A stretch of DNA of 64,000 nucleotides from Candidatus Omnitrophota bacterium. GTDB lineage: Bacteria; Omnitrophota; Gorgyraeia; Zapsychrales; Zapsychraceae. The stretch is from contig JAGVNC010000084.1 of the NCBI GenBank assembly GCA_020053475.1, positions 4,201 through 68,200 on the forward strand, read 5' to 3'. Position 1 is the first letter of the stretch. Each line of letters begins with the position of its first letter. Below the pieces are notes generated by a model. That model was given only the letters and a program-made list of their open reading frames with translations, searched no databases and had not been told where the DNA came from. This document shows positions 46,736 through 56,833 of this stretch, piece by piece. The translations under genes were made by a program, and so were the position numbers.

Positions 46736-48376
46736 TCATCTCTCTCCATTTTTAAGGACGACAAGGCCTTCCTTATTGGTATAAGCAAGAAAATACTTTG
46801 AATCTTTCGCCTTAAGATATTTTCTGAAGAGGAACTCTTCTGCTAAGCCCTTCTTAATATTTTCATCTTTAGCCTGACCAATATAAATCTGCACGGGACG
46901 CTTAGCTTCATTTTCAACGATATCAAAGGAAAAATCCGGTTCCTTCTTATGCTGATTCTTAAAGCGTTCCAATTGGGAAACCAATTGTCCCCAAGAACGG
47001 TATTTTGCAGACATCTCACGATTAAACTGAAAACTCATCCAAGCATTTAAAATGATACTCATAAGTAAGATAGTAAAAAGAAGGCTTTTCTGATGATCAA
47101 ATCTCTTGATCTCTATATTTTTGTAGGAAGATGTAAAAGTGATTAAAAACATGGTTAAAAAAAGAGCTAAAGGATAAAAATGATGCAATTGATACGTCAA
47201 ATAAACGAAAGACCTATCAGATACTCTCCCCAATAAAACAAATAAAAGGTAACACCAAAAAAGGATAAAACTTAATGACCGAATGGGATAAAGAGGACCC
47301 TTCTTGAAGGTCTCTAATTCTGAATTCTTGTTGAGTAAACTAAAACGTACTATTCTATAAAGACCTATCAAACAAAGACAAACCAACAAAAGATTAAGGC
47401 TGCTCAAAAAAGGATTGGCAATCAGGTCATATACAAATTTTTCCCGCGTCGGCAAATAAAGCATTGGTTTGTCACCGGAATTGATTTGAATAAAAACAGG
47501 GAAAATAAGCGATTGAATAAAGAAATTTAACGTAGCGAATAGCTGCTTTATCAGAATAAACCCGTCAAACTTTATCGCCTTGCTAAAAATTTCAACACGC
47601 GAATGAACAAAATAATCCATAAAATTGGCAACAAAATAACTGACCGCAGGGATACAGAGTAGGGAAACGGATTTTCGCAGGCCATGCCCTCTACTCTCCT
47701 CTTTGCTTACACTTTTCAACAGAAACATGACAAACACAATGTTGACCAAAATAGAAAATTCATAAGTCAAACACCCCAATGTAAGGAATAAAACCGCTAA
47801 CGATAAATGCCGTTGAGCATTTTGGGGGAAGTGCAGAAAAGAAATAAAATGCTGCAAAGATTGAAGAATAAGAATCAAAGCCAGAAGATATCCGTTTACA
47901 TGATGCCAAATGACCATCTCTTGGCTTAGAGCCGTGACCGAAAAATTTAATAAAAATAGCACCAAGATAAGATTTGGAGCTATAGCCTTAAATAAACGTA
48001 ACAGCTGGCCAATCAAAATCAGATGAAAGATTATCCCCAGCATCTGCCAATAGATAAAGTTATAACCAAAAAATAATTCTTCAAGGCTTAACAACAAAAA
48101 GAAAATAGGCCGGAAAAGAAGTTGGTCACCACCCGACAAAAACATGTTGCGATTGTAGGAGAGACTGAAGGCAAGTTTATCGAAAAAATGATCGAAAGCT
48201 GACGTTTGGATAAGATAAGTAAGCTGATCTGCCCGAGCGACATGAAACAAAGAAGGGAAGTAAACCACGCAATTGGCTAACAGAAGAATTACAAGACCAA
48301 TCCAATATTTATTTTGGGACTCACTATTATCTTTGTCAGAATTTATTTGTATCTTATCTCCTCCCATAAGCTCCAT
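46736..48376 (-). CDS. polytopic membrane protein, third divergent TMTC/PMT-like GT-C paralog (no TPR tail), AT-rich
   Basis: 546 aa, about 12 TM helices, and loop motifs ARADQ and GGDQLLFRPIFFLL echoing the YRPL motif of the 8640 and 10667 paralogs. Codon usage is visibly more AT-rich than neighbours. Confidence 0.35.
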   Translation of the reverse strand: MELMGGDKIQINSDKDNSESQNKYWIGLVILLLANCVVYFPSLFHVARADQLTYLIQTSAFDHFFDKLAFSLSYNRNMFLSGGDQLLFRPIFFLLLSLEELFFGYNFIYWQMLGIIFHLILIGQLLRLFKAIAPNLILVLFLLNFSVTALSQEMVIWHHVNGYLLALILILQSLQHFISFLHFPQNAQRHLSLAVLFLTLGCLTYEFSILVNIVFVMFLLKSVSKEESRGHGLRKSVSLLCIPAVSYFVANFMDYFVHSRVEIFSKAIKFDGFILIKQLFATLNFFIQSLIFPVFIQINSGDKPMLYLPTREKFVYDLIANPFLSSLNLLLVCLCLIGLYRIVRFSLLNKNSELETFKKGPLYPIRSLSFILFWCYLLFVLLGRVSDRSFVYLTYQLHHFYPLALFLTMFLITFTSSYKNIEIKRFDHQKSLLFTILLMSIILNAWMSFQFNREMSAKYRSWGQLVSQLERFKNQHKKEPDFSFDIVENEAKRPVQIYIGQAKDENIKKGLAEEFLFRKYLKAKDSKYFLAYTNKEGLVVLKNGER

Positions 48377-48647
48377 ATGATGGTTATATTAGCCTTGATG
48401 ATATAGGGATTGCCGACAGTTGTCCAAGTGGTAGGCGTTGTAATATTCGTAGTAACATCGGTGGCGAGAGCTAATGGACAAAAGATAAAGAGAAAAAAGG
48501 TTAAAAGTCCGAAAACAATCTCGCGCTTTCGCTCAAAACCTTTTCTAATTGAATTAAGGAATGAATACATAGTTTTCCGCAAAAATAAAGCCAAAGAAAG
48601 GAATATTGTGGCTATATTCCGAAGAACCTGAATGGGGTAGTTTAAGT

Positions 48648-48760
48648 TTACCCTAGAATCACAAAGTTAATCAGCTTCCCGGGGACATAAATAAACTTTT
48701 TGACGGGCTTATGCTGAACAAATTCCTGGATCTTGGCATCCCCCAAGGCGAAATAAACGG
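48648..48760 (-). repeat. ghost copy of the leuS 3-prime end (direct repeat / att-like scar)
   Basis: Encodes [36 protein letters not shown] versus the LeuS C-terminus ...[32 protein letters not shown]. About 80 percent nucleotide identity with 49524-49636. Confidence 0.6.
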
Positions 48761-48842
48761 GTCAACTCCCTTTCCCTCGCTCTTCATTATACAATATACC
48801 CCAAGTCATGAGGGTTGGCAAAAAAATAAATGGGCCCCAGGC

Positions 48843-49358
48843 TTACGCATGGAACCCAATCCTGCCCTTGGGCTTCTCATCTTCAGCCATCAGCCGGCGG
48901 ATGGCGTCGAAGATACGCTGGACCTCTTCATCTTTTTCATCCATCCTTCTTTCGAGCTGGCCTAATTTCTTGGCCAAGGCATTGTGGCCGCTTAAAATCT
49001 TCCTTAATTTCACAAACGCCCTCATAATGGCGATGTTGACCTGCACCGCGCGCTCACTGTTCAAAACACTGGAAAGCATGAGGATCCCGTGTTCCGTGAA
49101 AGCGAAAGGATCTTTCCGCAACCCCATCTTCTCCTTATTGGATATAACAATTTGTGATATCCAATTTTGAGTCTCTGCCTTGGTGAGCTGGAACATAAAA
49201 TCACACGGGAACCTGTTCTTATTTCTTTTCACAGCCTGATTGAGCGCCCCTGTCTCCACCCCATACAATTCGGCCAGATCTCTATCAAGCATGACCTTTT
49301 GCCCACGGATCAGAAAGATCTTTTGCTGGATCACCTGTACGTCGACGCCTGTACGCAT
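48843..49358 (-). CDS. ORF6N/KilA-N-like domain protein (phage antirepressor-type)
   Basis: IRGQKVMLDRDLAELYGVETGALNQAVKRNKNRFPCDFMFQLTKAE is the ORF6N signature, followed by a coiled-coil tail; 171 aa. Confidence 0.6.
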   Translation of the reverse strand: MRTGVDVQVIQQKIFLIRGQKVMLDRDLAELYGVETGALNQAVKRNKNRFPCDFMFQLTKAETQNWISQIVISNKEKMGLRKDPFAFTEHGILMLSSVLNSERAVQVNIAIMRAFVKLRKILSGHNALAKKLGQLERRMDEKDEEVQRIFDAIRRLMAEDEKPKGRIGFHA

Positions 49359-49523
49359 AAAAAATCCCCCTTCAGTTTATAGAACTTAACCAAGGGGGAT
49401 GAAATTGAACGACGCTATCTTATGATTTAGCGATTAATTTGTCAACCGGAGAATCTTCCCGTGTCAAACCAAAATTAAAATGTCCTAATTTTTTAGAGGA
49501 GTTGGGACACGTAACTTTATTTA

Positions 49524-52010
49524 CTAAACAACCAGATTGATCAGCTTCCCTGGGACGTAGATGAATTTCTTGACGGGCTTATGCTGGACAAATTCCTGGA
49601 TTTTGGCGTCGTTGAGGGCGAGTGTTTTTAATTCTTCCTCTTGAATGTCGACGGAAACATCGAATTTTCCGCGCAGCTTCCCGTTGACCTGGACAACCAC
49701 CAGGATCTTGTCTTGCTTAAGGGCACTCTCTTCGTATGTCGGCCAGGCCGCGCGTACAATACTCTCCTCTTTCCCGCCGATTGTTTGCCACAATTCCTCG
49801 GCTAAATGCGGAGCGATCGGGGAAAGCAATCGAACAATGGTTTGAATGGTTCGATTGATCAAAATTTTCTTTTCTGTCCCTTTCTGATTCACGGCGCGGT
49901 ATCGGTCGGCGCTGTTCATCAAGATCATTAAGTTACTCACAACGGTATTGAATTTATAATTATCAAAATCTTCCGAAATCTTTTTAATCATCGAGTTACG
50001 TTCCCGCTCAATCGTTTTATCAGCCTCTGTTAACTGATAAGCGTGATCCAATTTTTCTCCAAGGGAAGGATTATATTCGCCGGTGAAATGAGAGACACGA
50101 TTTAAGAACCTCCACGCCCCATCAAGCCCATCGTCATTCCATTCCAATTGATCTTCCGGCGGTGCCGCAAACAAAATAAATAAACGCAACACATCCGCCC
50201 CATATTTCTCGATAATTTCATCCGGATCAACCGTGTTCCCCTTTGATTTCGACATGACTTCTCCATTTTTTAAGACCATGCCTTGGGTCAACAGCCGGAC
50301 AAACGGTTCGTCGACGTTGACCAATCCGATGTCTTTAAGAAATTTGGTAAAAAAGCGTGAATACAAAAGATGCAGGATCGCGTGCTCGATCCCGCCGACA
50401 TATTGATCGACGGGCATCCAATAGGCCGCTTCTTGTTTGTCGAAAATTTTGGCTGCATCCTTCGGCGAACAAAACCGCAAATAATACCACGAAGAATCAA
50501 AGAACGTGGCCATGGTGTCCGTTTCGCGCCGGGCTTTTCCTTTGCACTTAGGACAATTCACGTTGACGAATTCGGCGCAATGCTTAAGCGGGCTTCCTCC
50601 TTCACCGGTGATTTTGATCTTCTGCGGTAAAACGACCGGCAGATCTTTCTCGGGCACCGGCACTGTCCCGCATTTGGGGCAATCAATCATCGGGATCGGT
50701 GTTCCCCAATAACGTTGACGGGAAATCAACCAATCACGTAAACGCCAATAGGTTGTAATTTTGCCGATTGTTGTTTGTTCCATCCATTCGGCGATCTTTT
50801 GTTTGGCCTCTTCATTAGGCAAACCATTAAACTGGGCGGAATTAACCAGCGGCCCCTGATCTTCATATGCTCTTTGAAGATCCTCGACGCACAGATTAGG
50901 GGTTTGCGGATTTTGGATGACGATTCGCATCGGCAAATTGTTTTCTTTCGCAAAAAGAAAATCACGTTGATCGTGGGCCGGGACAGCCATAATAGCGCCC
51001 GTTCCGTAGTCCATCAGCACATAATCGGCGATCCAAATAGGAATCGTTTCCTTATTGACCGGATTGATCGCATATGCGCCGCTAAACATCCCTTCTTTCT
51101 TCAAATCGCCGGACATCCGTAAACTTTTAGGCCGCGCCATTGTCCTTTCAACAAACGCTCTCACTGTTTTTTCCTGCAGTGTCCCCTTGATGAGTTTTTC
51201 CACCAGAGGATGTTCCGGAGCCAACACTACATACGTCGCCCCAAAAATCGTGTCCGGCCTCGTTGTAAAAACCGTGATGACATCCTTAGAATTGTTGACG
51301 TTAAAATAAATTTCCGCGCCGAAACTTTTTCCGATCCAGTTTTCCTGCATCGCTTTGACGCGGCTCGGCCAGTGACTCAATGTTGTTAAGTCTTTCAATA
51401 ATGCGTCGTTGTAATGGGTGATCTTTAAATACCATTGATCCAAATCTTTTTGCACGACGGTCGTTTTGCACCGCCAGCATTCGCCTTGAATGACCTCTTC
51501 GTTGGCGAGTGTCGTTTCACAGTTGGGGCACCAATTCACCGATGAAATTTTTTTATAGGCCAGGCCTTTCTCGAACATCTTCAAAAAAATCCATTGGTTC
51601 CATTTGTAATATTCTTGGCCGCATGTGGCGATCTCGCGGCCCCAGTCGTAGGAAAACCCCATTCTCTTTAACCCTGTCCGCATTTCCTCAATACAAGCAT
51701 ACGTCCATTGGGCGGGATCGATGTCACGCTTGATGGCGGCATTTTCGGCGGGTTGGCCAAAGGCGTCATAGCCCATGGGATGAAGCACATTAAAGCCTTG
51801 CATCATTTTGAAACGGGCGATGACGTCGGCGATCGTGTAATTGCGGACATGCCCCATGTGAATTTTTCCGGAAGGATAAGGGAACATTTCCAAGACGTAA
51901 TATTTTTTCTTATCCTTGCGCATCGTGGCTTTAAAGATGTGCTTATTGTGCCAAATCTTCTGCCACTTCTCTTCGATCTCTTTGATATTTTCGATATGGT
52001 AGGCCATCAA
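49524..52010 (-). CDS. leuS: leucyl-tRNA synthetase
   Basis: 828 aa with HMGH, KMSKS (VMSKSKGN) and an editing domain. Confidence 0.95.
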   Translation of the reverse strand: MMAYHIENIKEIEEKWQKIWHNKHIFKATMRKDKKKYYVLEMFPYPSGKIHMGHVRNYTIADVIARFKMMQGFNVLHPMGYDAFGQPAENAAIKRDIDPAQWTYACIEEMRTGLKRMGFSYDWGREIATCGQEYYKWNQWIFLKMFEKGLAYKKISSVNWCPNCETTLANEEVIQGECWRCKTTVVQKDLDQWYLKITHYNDALLKDLTTLSHWPSRVKAMQENWIGKSFGAEIYFNVNNSKDVITVFTTRPDTIFGATYVVLAPEHPLVEKLIKGTLQEKTVRAFVERTMARPKSLRMSGDLKKEGMFSGAYAINPVNKETIPIWIADYVLMDYGTGAIMAVPAHDQRDFLFAKENNLPMRIVIQNPQTPNLCVEDLQRAYEDQGPLVNSAQFNGLPNEEAKQKIAEWMEQTTIGKITTYWRLRDWLISRQRYWGTPIPMIDCPKCGTVPVPEKDLPVVLPQKIKITGEGGSPLKHCAEFVNVNCPKCKGKARRETDTMATFFDSSWYYLRFCSPKDAAKIFDKQEAAYWMPVDQYVGGIEHAILHLLYSRFFTKFLKDIGLVNVDEPFVRLLTQGMVLKNGEVMSKSKGNTVDPDEIIEKYGADVLRLFILFAAPPEDQLEWNDDGLDGAWRFLNRVSHFTGEYNPSLGEKLDHAYQLTEADKTIERERNSMIKKISEDFDNYKFNTVVSNLMILMNSADRYRAVNQKGTEKKILINRTIQTIVRLLSPIAPHLAEELWQTIGGKEESIVRAAWPTYEESALKQDKILVVVQVNGKLRGKFDVSVDIQEEELKTLALNDAKIQEFVQHKPVKKFIYVPGKLINLVV

Positions 52011-52085
52011 GTTCCCCTAAAATTCAAAAGGGAATAACCTTGCGCTGCAGGTATTCCCTTTCGGTATTGTACTATAAAACGTTAT

Positions 52086-52580
52086 TTACGCGAGAAGCTT
52101 TTCTTTCTTGCGGATGACGACATCCGGCGCGTTTAAGGAACCTTGTTCCACCGTCATCGTGTGATAGGTCGTATCCAACTTGTAATAATCAGCACCTCGT
52201 TCAATATATTGAGCGTCGATGCGTTTGGGTCCGAAGAACCGGCGGCAGAAATTTTGGGCTTCTTGTGAGTCGAAACAACGGCAGCAATAAACATCGATTG
52301 TGATAAAATTCTTAGGAGAAAGCGTGTGAATGACAACCGAACTTTCAATCAATGGCACCCATCCGGAAAGGCCGGCTTTGTCGGGAAAACGAATTTCGTC
52401 GCTGCGGAAAATATTCGGTGGGGCCTGTTTTTCCATGCCTAACGCGTTGACAATCTCGTCGAGAAACTGGTAATTTAATGTCAGATCGTCACAGACGCCC
52501 GGCTTGCAATCATACAGGTCTAACAACAGTTGGTAACCAAAAACTTGCTTGGTTGGGGGTTTATACATTTTGTTTAGCAT
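52086..52580 (-). CDS. S-adenosylmethionine decarboxylase-family proenzyme (SpeH-like, pyruvoyl-dependent)
   Basis: GYQLLLDLYDC ... LIESSVVIHTLSPKN ... IDVYCC parallels the SpeH self-processing region. Confidence 0.45.
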   Translation of the reverse strand: MLNKMYKPPTKQVFGYQLLLDLYDCKPGVCDDLTLNYQFLDEIVNALGMEKQAPPNIFRSDEIRFPDKAGLSGWVPLIESSVVIHTLSPKNFITIDVYCCRCFDSQEAQNFCRRFFGPKRIDAQYIERGADYYKLDTTYHTMTVEQGSLNAPDVVIRKKEKLLA

Positions 52581-52822
52581 CCTTCGTTAAATTGTTAATT
52601 TTCCCTTTATACTACAAATTGTATAAGAAATCCACAAAATATTTTGCTCCCGGCACGGACCTCCCTGCCTACCGGCAGTCTTTTGAATGAATTATTACAT
52701 CAATATTTTTCGCAGTCAAAGTAAATATCATATATTTTCGTTAACGGATTTTGTTTCTAAATGATTATTTGCAAAAAAATGGGAAATATCCTAAAATGAA
52801 TGCCGAATCAGAAGGAAACACG

Positions 52823-53023
52823 ATGAACATTCTTGTCAATGGCCACCCAAAAGACTTCCCCGAAGCCCACAATTTAAAAAACATCATTGAACAATTGTGC
52901 GCCCAGACGTCGCGTGTCATGGCCGAGGTCAATGGAAAGATTATCCGTAGTCCGCAATGGGAATCAACGCCTCTTAAAGACGGCGATAAAATTGAATTAG
53001 TGAGCTTTGTGGGCGGGGGATGA
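52823..53023 (+). CDS. thiS: sulfur-carrier protein ThiS
   Basis: MNILVNG...IELVSFVGGG, C-terminal GG; 66 aa from the internal ATG (the track ORF starts earlier at 52751). Confidence 0.75.
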   Translation: MNILVNGHPKDFPEAHNLKNIIEQLCAQTSRVMAEVNGKIIRSPQWESTPLKDGDKIELVSFVGGG

Positions 53024-53035
53024 ATTAGTCGCTCA

Positions 53036-53088
53036 TCACTAGACTCTCGTCTCTCCAGCGACCAGAGACGAGAGACAAGCGACATTGA
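53036..53088. repeat. Family-D palindromic repeat, copy 2 (thiS / thiG spacer)
   Basis: catcactagactctcgtctctccagcgaccagagacgagagacaagcgac. Confidence 0.4.
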
Positions 53089-53092
53089 ATAT

Positions 53093-53905
53093 ATGTCAAC
53101 AACACAAACCGACCAATCTGAAACTCTTCAAGATACGCCTCTGGTGATCGCCAAGAAATCATTCACCAATCGCTTTCTTTTAGGCACAGGAAAATTCAAA
53201 AATAAGATCGACCTGCGCGACAGTATCTTGGCCTCACAGACACAGCTGGTAACCGTGGCCCTGCGCCGCATTGATCTCGAACGTCACGAAGAAAATATTC
53301 TGGAATATATCCCTGAAAATGTGACGCTCATGACCAATACATCCGGCGCGCGCAATGCCAAAGAGGCCATCCGCATCGCCCATTTAGCCCGCGAATCAGG
53401 TTGCGGATTGTGGATCAAAATCGAGGTGATTAACGACAGCAAATATCTTTTGCCCGATAACGAAGAAACCGTTAAAGCCACCGAAACCCTGGCCAAGGAG
53501 GGCTTTATTGTCCTTCCCTATATGTATCCTGACCTGTATGTCGCTCGGGCATTGGTCAAGGCCGGAGCCGCGGCCGTGATGCCATTAGGCTCGTTAATTG
53601 GCAGCAACCAGGGATTAAAAGCCAAAGAGTTTATCAAAATCCTCATTCAGGAAATTGACGAAGTCCCCATTATCGTGGACGCCGGGATCGGCGCCCCTTC
53701 GCAAGCTGCCGAAGCCATGGAAATGGGCGCCGATGCCATTCTAGCCAACACTGCTGTGGCGGCCGCTGGACATCCGGCCGAGTTGGCCCAAGCGTTCCAC
53801 TTAGCGGTCCAGGCAGGCCGTTTGGCTTATCTAAGCCAAATGCCTCTCCCCCAAGATATCGCCAGCGCTTCTTCTCCCCTCACGGGATTTTTATATGAGT
53901 CGTAA
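53093..53905 (+). CDS. thiG: thiazole synthase
   Basis: 270 aa ThiG TIM barrel with KIEVI and VMPLGS blocks. Confidence 0.9.
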   Translation: MSTTQTDQSETLQDTPLVIAKKSFTNRFLLGTGKFKNKIDLRDSILASQTQLVTVALRRIDLERHEENILEYIPENVTLMTNTSGARNAKEAIRIAHLARESGCGLWIKIEVINDSKYLLPDNEETVKATETLAKEGFIVLPYMYPDLYVARALVKAGAAAVMPLGSLIGSNQGLKAKEFIKILIQEIDEVPIIVDAGIGAPSQAAEAMEMGADAILANTAVAAAGHPAELAQAFHLAVQAGRLAYLSQMPLPQDIASASSPLTGFLYES

Positions 53906-53919
53906 CCCAAAAACAAAAG

Positions 53920-54055
53920 CTCGGGTGACGTCCCGAGAAATGTTGAACATTTCTCGGGATCAATCCCTGAAATCGTTTCACGATTTCAAGGGACCGGAGG
54001 CGAGGCCTCCGTTCGCCCGCAGTCAAACGAGGACGAACGGAGTGCCGCAGGCGGC
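53920..54055. repeat. array of five to six consecutive short GC-stem hairpins in the thiG / thiH spacer
   Basis: ctcgggtgacgtcccgag; gagaaatgttgaacatttctc (perfect 21-bp palindrome); ccctgaaatcgtttcacgatttcaaggg; ggaggcgaggcctcc; ccgttcgcccgcagtcaaacgaggacgaacgg; gccgcaggcggc. A CCCYGAAATCG...CGATTTCARGGG hairpin also occurs at 28915-28945. Confidence 0.4.
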
Positions 54056-54067
54056 AGGACCCGAGCG

Positions 54068-55090
54068 ATGATTACCTTATCTGAAATTAAAGGAATTCTC
54101 AACAATCCCAGCCCGGAATTCTTAGAAGATCTCGCGCAACAATCAAAACAGATCACCCAGCAATATTTCGGCCGGACGATTTCATTGTACGCCCCTTTAT
54201 ACTTATCCAATTTCTGTTCAAGCCACTGCACCTATTGCGGGTTCCACAGCCACAATCGAATTAAACGATTCAAATTAACCGACAAAGAAATGCATCAAGA
54301 AATGAAATTCGTGGCGGGCCAAGGAATCGAGAACATTTTGCTTTTAACTGGCGAATCATACAACGTCACTCCTCTTTCCTATTTAAAACAAGCCGCCGGG
54401 GCCGCGAAACATTACTTCCCTAGTATCGCCATTGAAGTGCACCCGATGGAAACACAAGAATACCAAGAGCTCTTTGAACACGGGGTCGACGGTGTGACCG
54501 TGTATCAGGAAACGTACGATCGTTCCCGTTACGCTCAAGTGCACTTAAGTGGAACCAAGGCTGATTACGATTATCGTTACGCCACGGCCCAACGCGCCGC
54601 ACAAGGAGGCATACGCAGTATTTCGTTAGGCATCCTATTGGGCCTCGCGGACGTGGCCGAAGATCTTTTGGCCCTTTATCAACACGTCCATGCCCTGGAG
54701 AAAAATTTCCCAGGAGTAGAATATAGCGTTTCGTTCCCGAGATTAAAACCGATCAAGGGCGAAAATTTTGCGAAATGCTACGTTGACGATCGGATATTCA
54801 TCAAAATTATTTGCCTCACCCGGATTTTATTCCCGCGTGTGGGCATCAATTTATCAACGCGCGAAAAACCGCAATTGCGGGATCGCGCCCTCGAGTTAGG
54901 CATTACACGCATGTCGGCCGGGTCCAACACATCGGTGGGCGGATATACGTTAAAATCAAGCGAAGAACAAGACCCTCAATTCGACATCGAAGATCACCGT
55001 TCGGTCAAAGACATTATTACGCTTCTCAAACAACGGAATTTCGATCCTGTCTTGACCGACTGGCGACGGATCGAGAATAAAATCCCATGA
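54068..55090 (+). CDS. thiH: 2-iminoacetate synthase (radical SAM)
   Basis: CSSHCTYCGF radical-SAM cysteine triad; 340 aa. Confidence 0.85.
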   Translation: MITLSEIKGILNNPSPEFLEDLAQQSKQITQQYFGRTISLYAPLYLSNFCSSHCTYCGFHSHNRIKRFKLTDKEMHQEMKFVAGQGIENILLLTGESYNVTPLSYLKQAAGAAKHYFPSIAIEVHPMETQEYQELFEHGVDGVTVYQETYDRSRYAQVHLSGTKADYDYRYATAQRAAQGGIRSISLGILLGLADVAEDLLALYQHVHALEKNFPGVEYSVSFPRLKPIKGENFAKCYVDDRIFIKIICLTRILFPRVGINLSTREKPQLRDRALELGITRMSAGSNTSVGGYTLKSSEEQDPQFDIEDHRSVKDIITLLKQRNFDPVLTDWRRIENKIP

Positions 55091-55719
55091 CCATTAAACA
55101 ATTAAATGCCCTCGAACAAGGGCTTTTACGTTACTTAAGCCAAGAGCAGCTCAAAAAAATCCAATCTGTTAACGTCGGTATTGGCGGGGCCGGTGGACTT
55201 GGCTCAAACGTGGCGATGATGCTCGTGCGGACAGGATTTAAACAGATTGAAATCATTGACCACGATGTGATCGAACCTTCCAATCTAAATCGTCAGCAAT
55301 ATTTCGCCGATGAAGTGGGATTCCCCAAAGTGGACGTTTTGCAGAAACGGCTGTTGGCGATTAATCCCGATGCGCAGATTACCATTCACCGTATTAAATG
55401 GGCGCCGCAAGAGGCACAAAAATATTTTCAAGGATGTGATTTTATTGTGGAAGCCTTTGATCAGGTGGACGGGAAACACACATTTGTGGATACTTATCAC
55501 GACAAAGTGAAATTTATGGTCAGCGGTGTCGGGATGGCCGGCTTGACGCAGAAAAAATCAATGACATTACGCAAAATCGGCAATGTCTATATCGCCGGCG
55601 ATACCCAAACCTGTTCCCACCAAGGCCACCCTCCGATGGCGCCGCGCGTGACCCAATGCGCTGCCATGATGGCCGAAGTCGTCCTCGATTTGACGCTAGG
55701 GATCAATCCCCTTAAATAA
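55087..55719 (+). CDS. thiF: ThiF/MoeB-family E1-like adenylyltransferase
   Basis: GIGGAGGLGSNVAMMLVRTG nucleotide-binding loop; 210 aa; ATGA overlap with thiH. Confidence 0.75.
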   Translation: MTIKQLNALEQGLLRYLSQEQLKKIQSVNVGIGGAGGLGSNVAMMLVRTGFKQIEIIDHDVIEPSNLNRQQYFADEVGFPKVDVLQKRLLAINPDAQITIHRIKWAPQEAQKYFQGCDFIVEAFDQVDGKHTFVDTYHDKVKFMVSGVGMAGLTQKKSMTLRKIGNVYIAGDTQTCSHQGHPPMAPRVTQCAAMMAEVVLDLTLGINPLK

Positions 55720-55721
55720 AT

Positions 55722-55770
55722 AGGGACAGACACTATTTTTCAGAAAAATAGTGTCTGTCCCTATTTTAAT
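55722..55770. terminator. bidirectional rho-independent terminator (19-bp perfect stem) between convergent thiF and cysK
   Basis: agggacagacactattttt cag aaaaatagtgtctgtccct, followed by attttaattt. Then the direct repeat tgtccctattttaatt x2. Confidence 0.7.
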
Positions 55771-55801
55771 TTGTCCCTATTTTAATTAAGATAAACCAAA
55801 A

Positions 55802-56764
55802 TTAACTACGATATTCGGCAAAAAGATCCGTGCTCAAATACCGTTCGCCGGTACTGGGGAGAATCACCACAATGAGCTTCCCCTTATTTTCCGGACGTTT
55901 GGCCACTTGCAGCGCGGCACAGACGGCGGCACCAGACGAAATCCCGCAAAGGATGCCTTCTTCACGAATCAGCCGTTTTGCATAGGTCATGGCCTCATCG
56001 TTATCGACTTGAATGATCTCATCGATCATTTTTGTATTTAATATTTTGGGAACAAAACCAGCGCCGATCCCTTGAATTTTATGCGGGCCGGGTTGGCCAC
56101 CGGAAAGAACCGGAGACCCTTTGGGTTCGACGGCAACACATTTGAATGACGGTTTTCGTTTCTTAATGACTTCTCCGACACCGGTAATAGTCCCGCCGGT
56201 CCCGACCCCTGAAATAAGAATATCCGCCTTGCCATCGGTATCGTTCCAGATCTCCTCGGCCGTTGTCTTACGATGGGTTTCCACATTAGCAGGATTCTCA
56301 AATTGCTGAGGAACAAAATAATTCGAATCAGAGGCCGCCAATTCTTGGGCCTTACGAATCGCGCCCTTCATGCCTTCGGCCCCCGGCGTCAATACTAAAT
56401 TCGCCCCCAACCCTCGTAACAACGCCCGGCGTTCCAAACTCATCGTTTCCGGCATCGTTAATGTGCATTTATATCCTTTGTAGGCGCAGACAAACGCTAA
56501 CGCAATCCCGGTGTTCCCGGATGTCGGCTCCAAAATCACCGTTTTGTCTTTATTGATTTTCCCCGCTTTCTCAGCCGCTTCAATCATGGCCAAACCGATG
56601 CGGTCTTTGACCGATCCTAGCGGGTTAAAAAATTCCAATTTTAAAACGATATCAGCCACGCAACCTTGGCTGACTTTATTGAGTCTGACGAGCGGCGTTC
56701 TTCCGACCAGTTCACCGATATTGTTGGCAATTTTCATTTTACTGTCTGTGGCTGTTGGTCCCAT
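55802..56764 (-). CDS. cysK: cysteine synthase A (O-acetylserine sulfhydrylase)
   Basis: PLP lysine block [14 protein letters not shown], and [10 protein letters not shown]; 320 aa. Confidence 0.9.
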   Translation of the reverse strand: MGPTATDSKMKIANNIGELVGRTPLVRLNKVSQGCVADIVLKLEFFNPLGSVKDRIGLAMIEAAEKAGKINKDKTVILEPTSGNTGIALAFVCAYKGYKCTLTMPETMSLERRALLRGLGANLVLTPGAEGMKGAIRKAQELAASDSNYFVPQQFENPANVETHRKTTAEEIWNDTDGKADILISGVGTGGTITGVGEVIKKRKPSFKCVAVEPKGSPVLSGGQPGPHKIQGIGAGFVPKILNTKMIDEIIQVDNDEAMTYAKRLIREEGILCGISSGAAVCAALQVAKRPENKGKLIVVILPSTGERYLSTDLFAEYRS

Positions 56765-56833
56765 AACGAAACCTCCGTCCTTATCAGGATTGATGGGTTA
56801 ATGATAAATAATGCGTGATTATAACACTCATCT

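Noticed and set aside
48343-48631. 83-aa minus-strand and 73-aa plus-strand small ORFs upstream of the AT-rich membrane protein
   Set aside because: Low-complexity Thr/Ile-rich or Lys/Arg-rich translations in an AT-rich spacer; no supporting signals. Kept out of the feature list.
52581-52822. TPP riboswitch upstream of thiS
   Set aside because: I could not find the conserved CUGAGA / ACCUGAUCUGGAUAAUGCCAGCGUAGGGA core by eye in this spacer or in the thiG-thiH spacer. Left as an open question rather than a feature.
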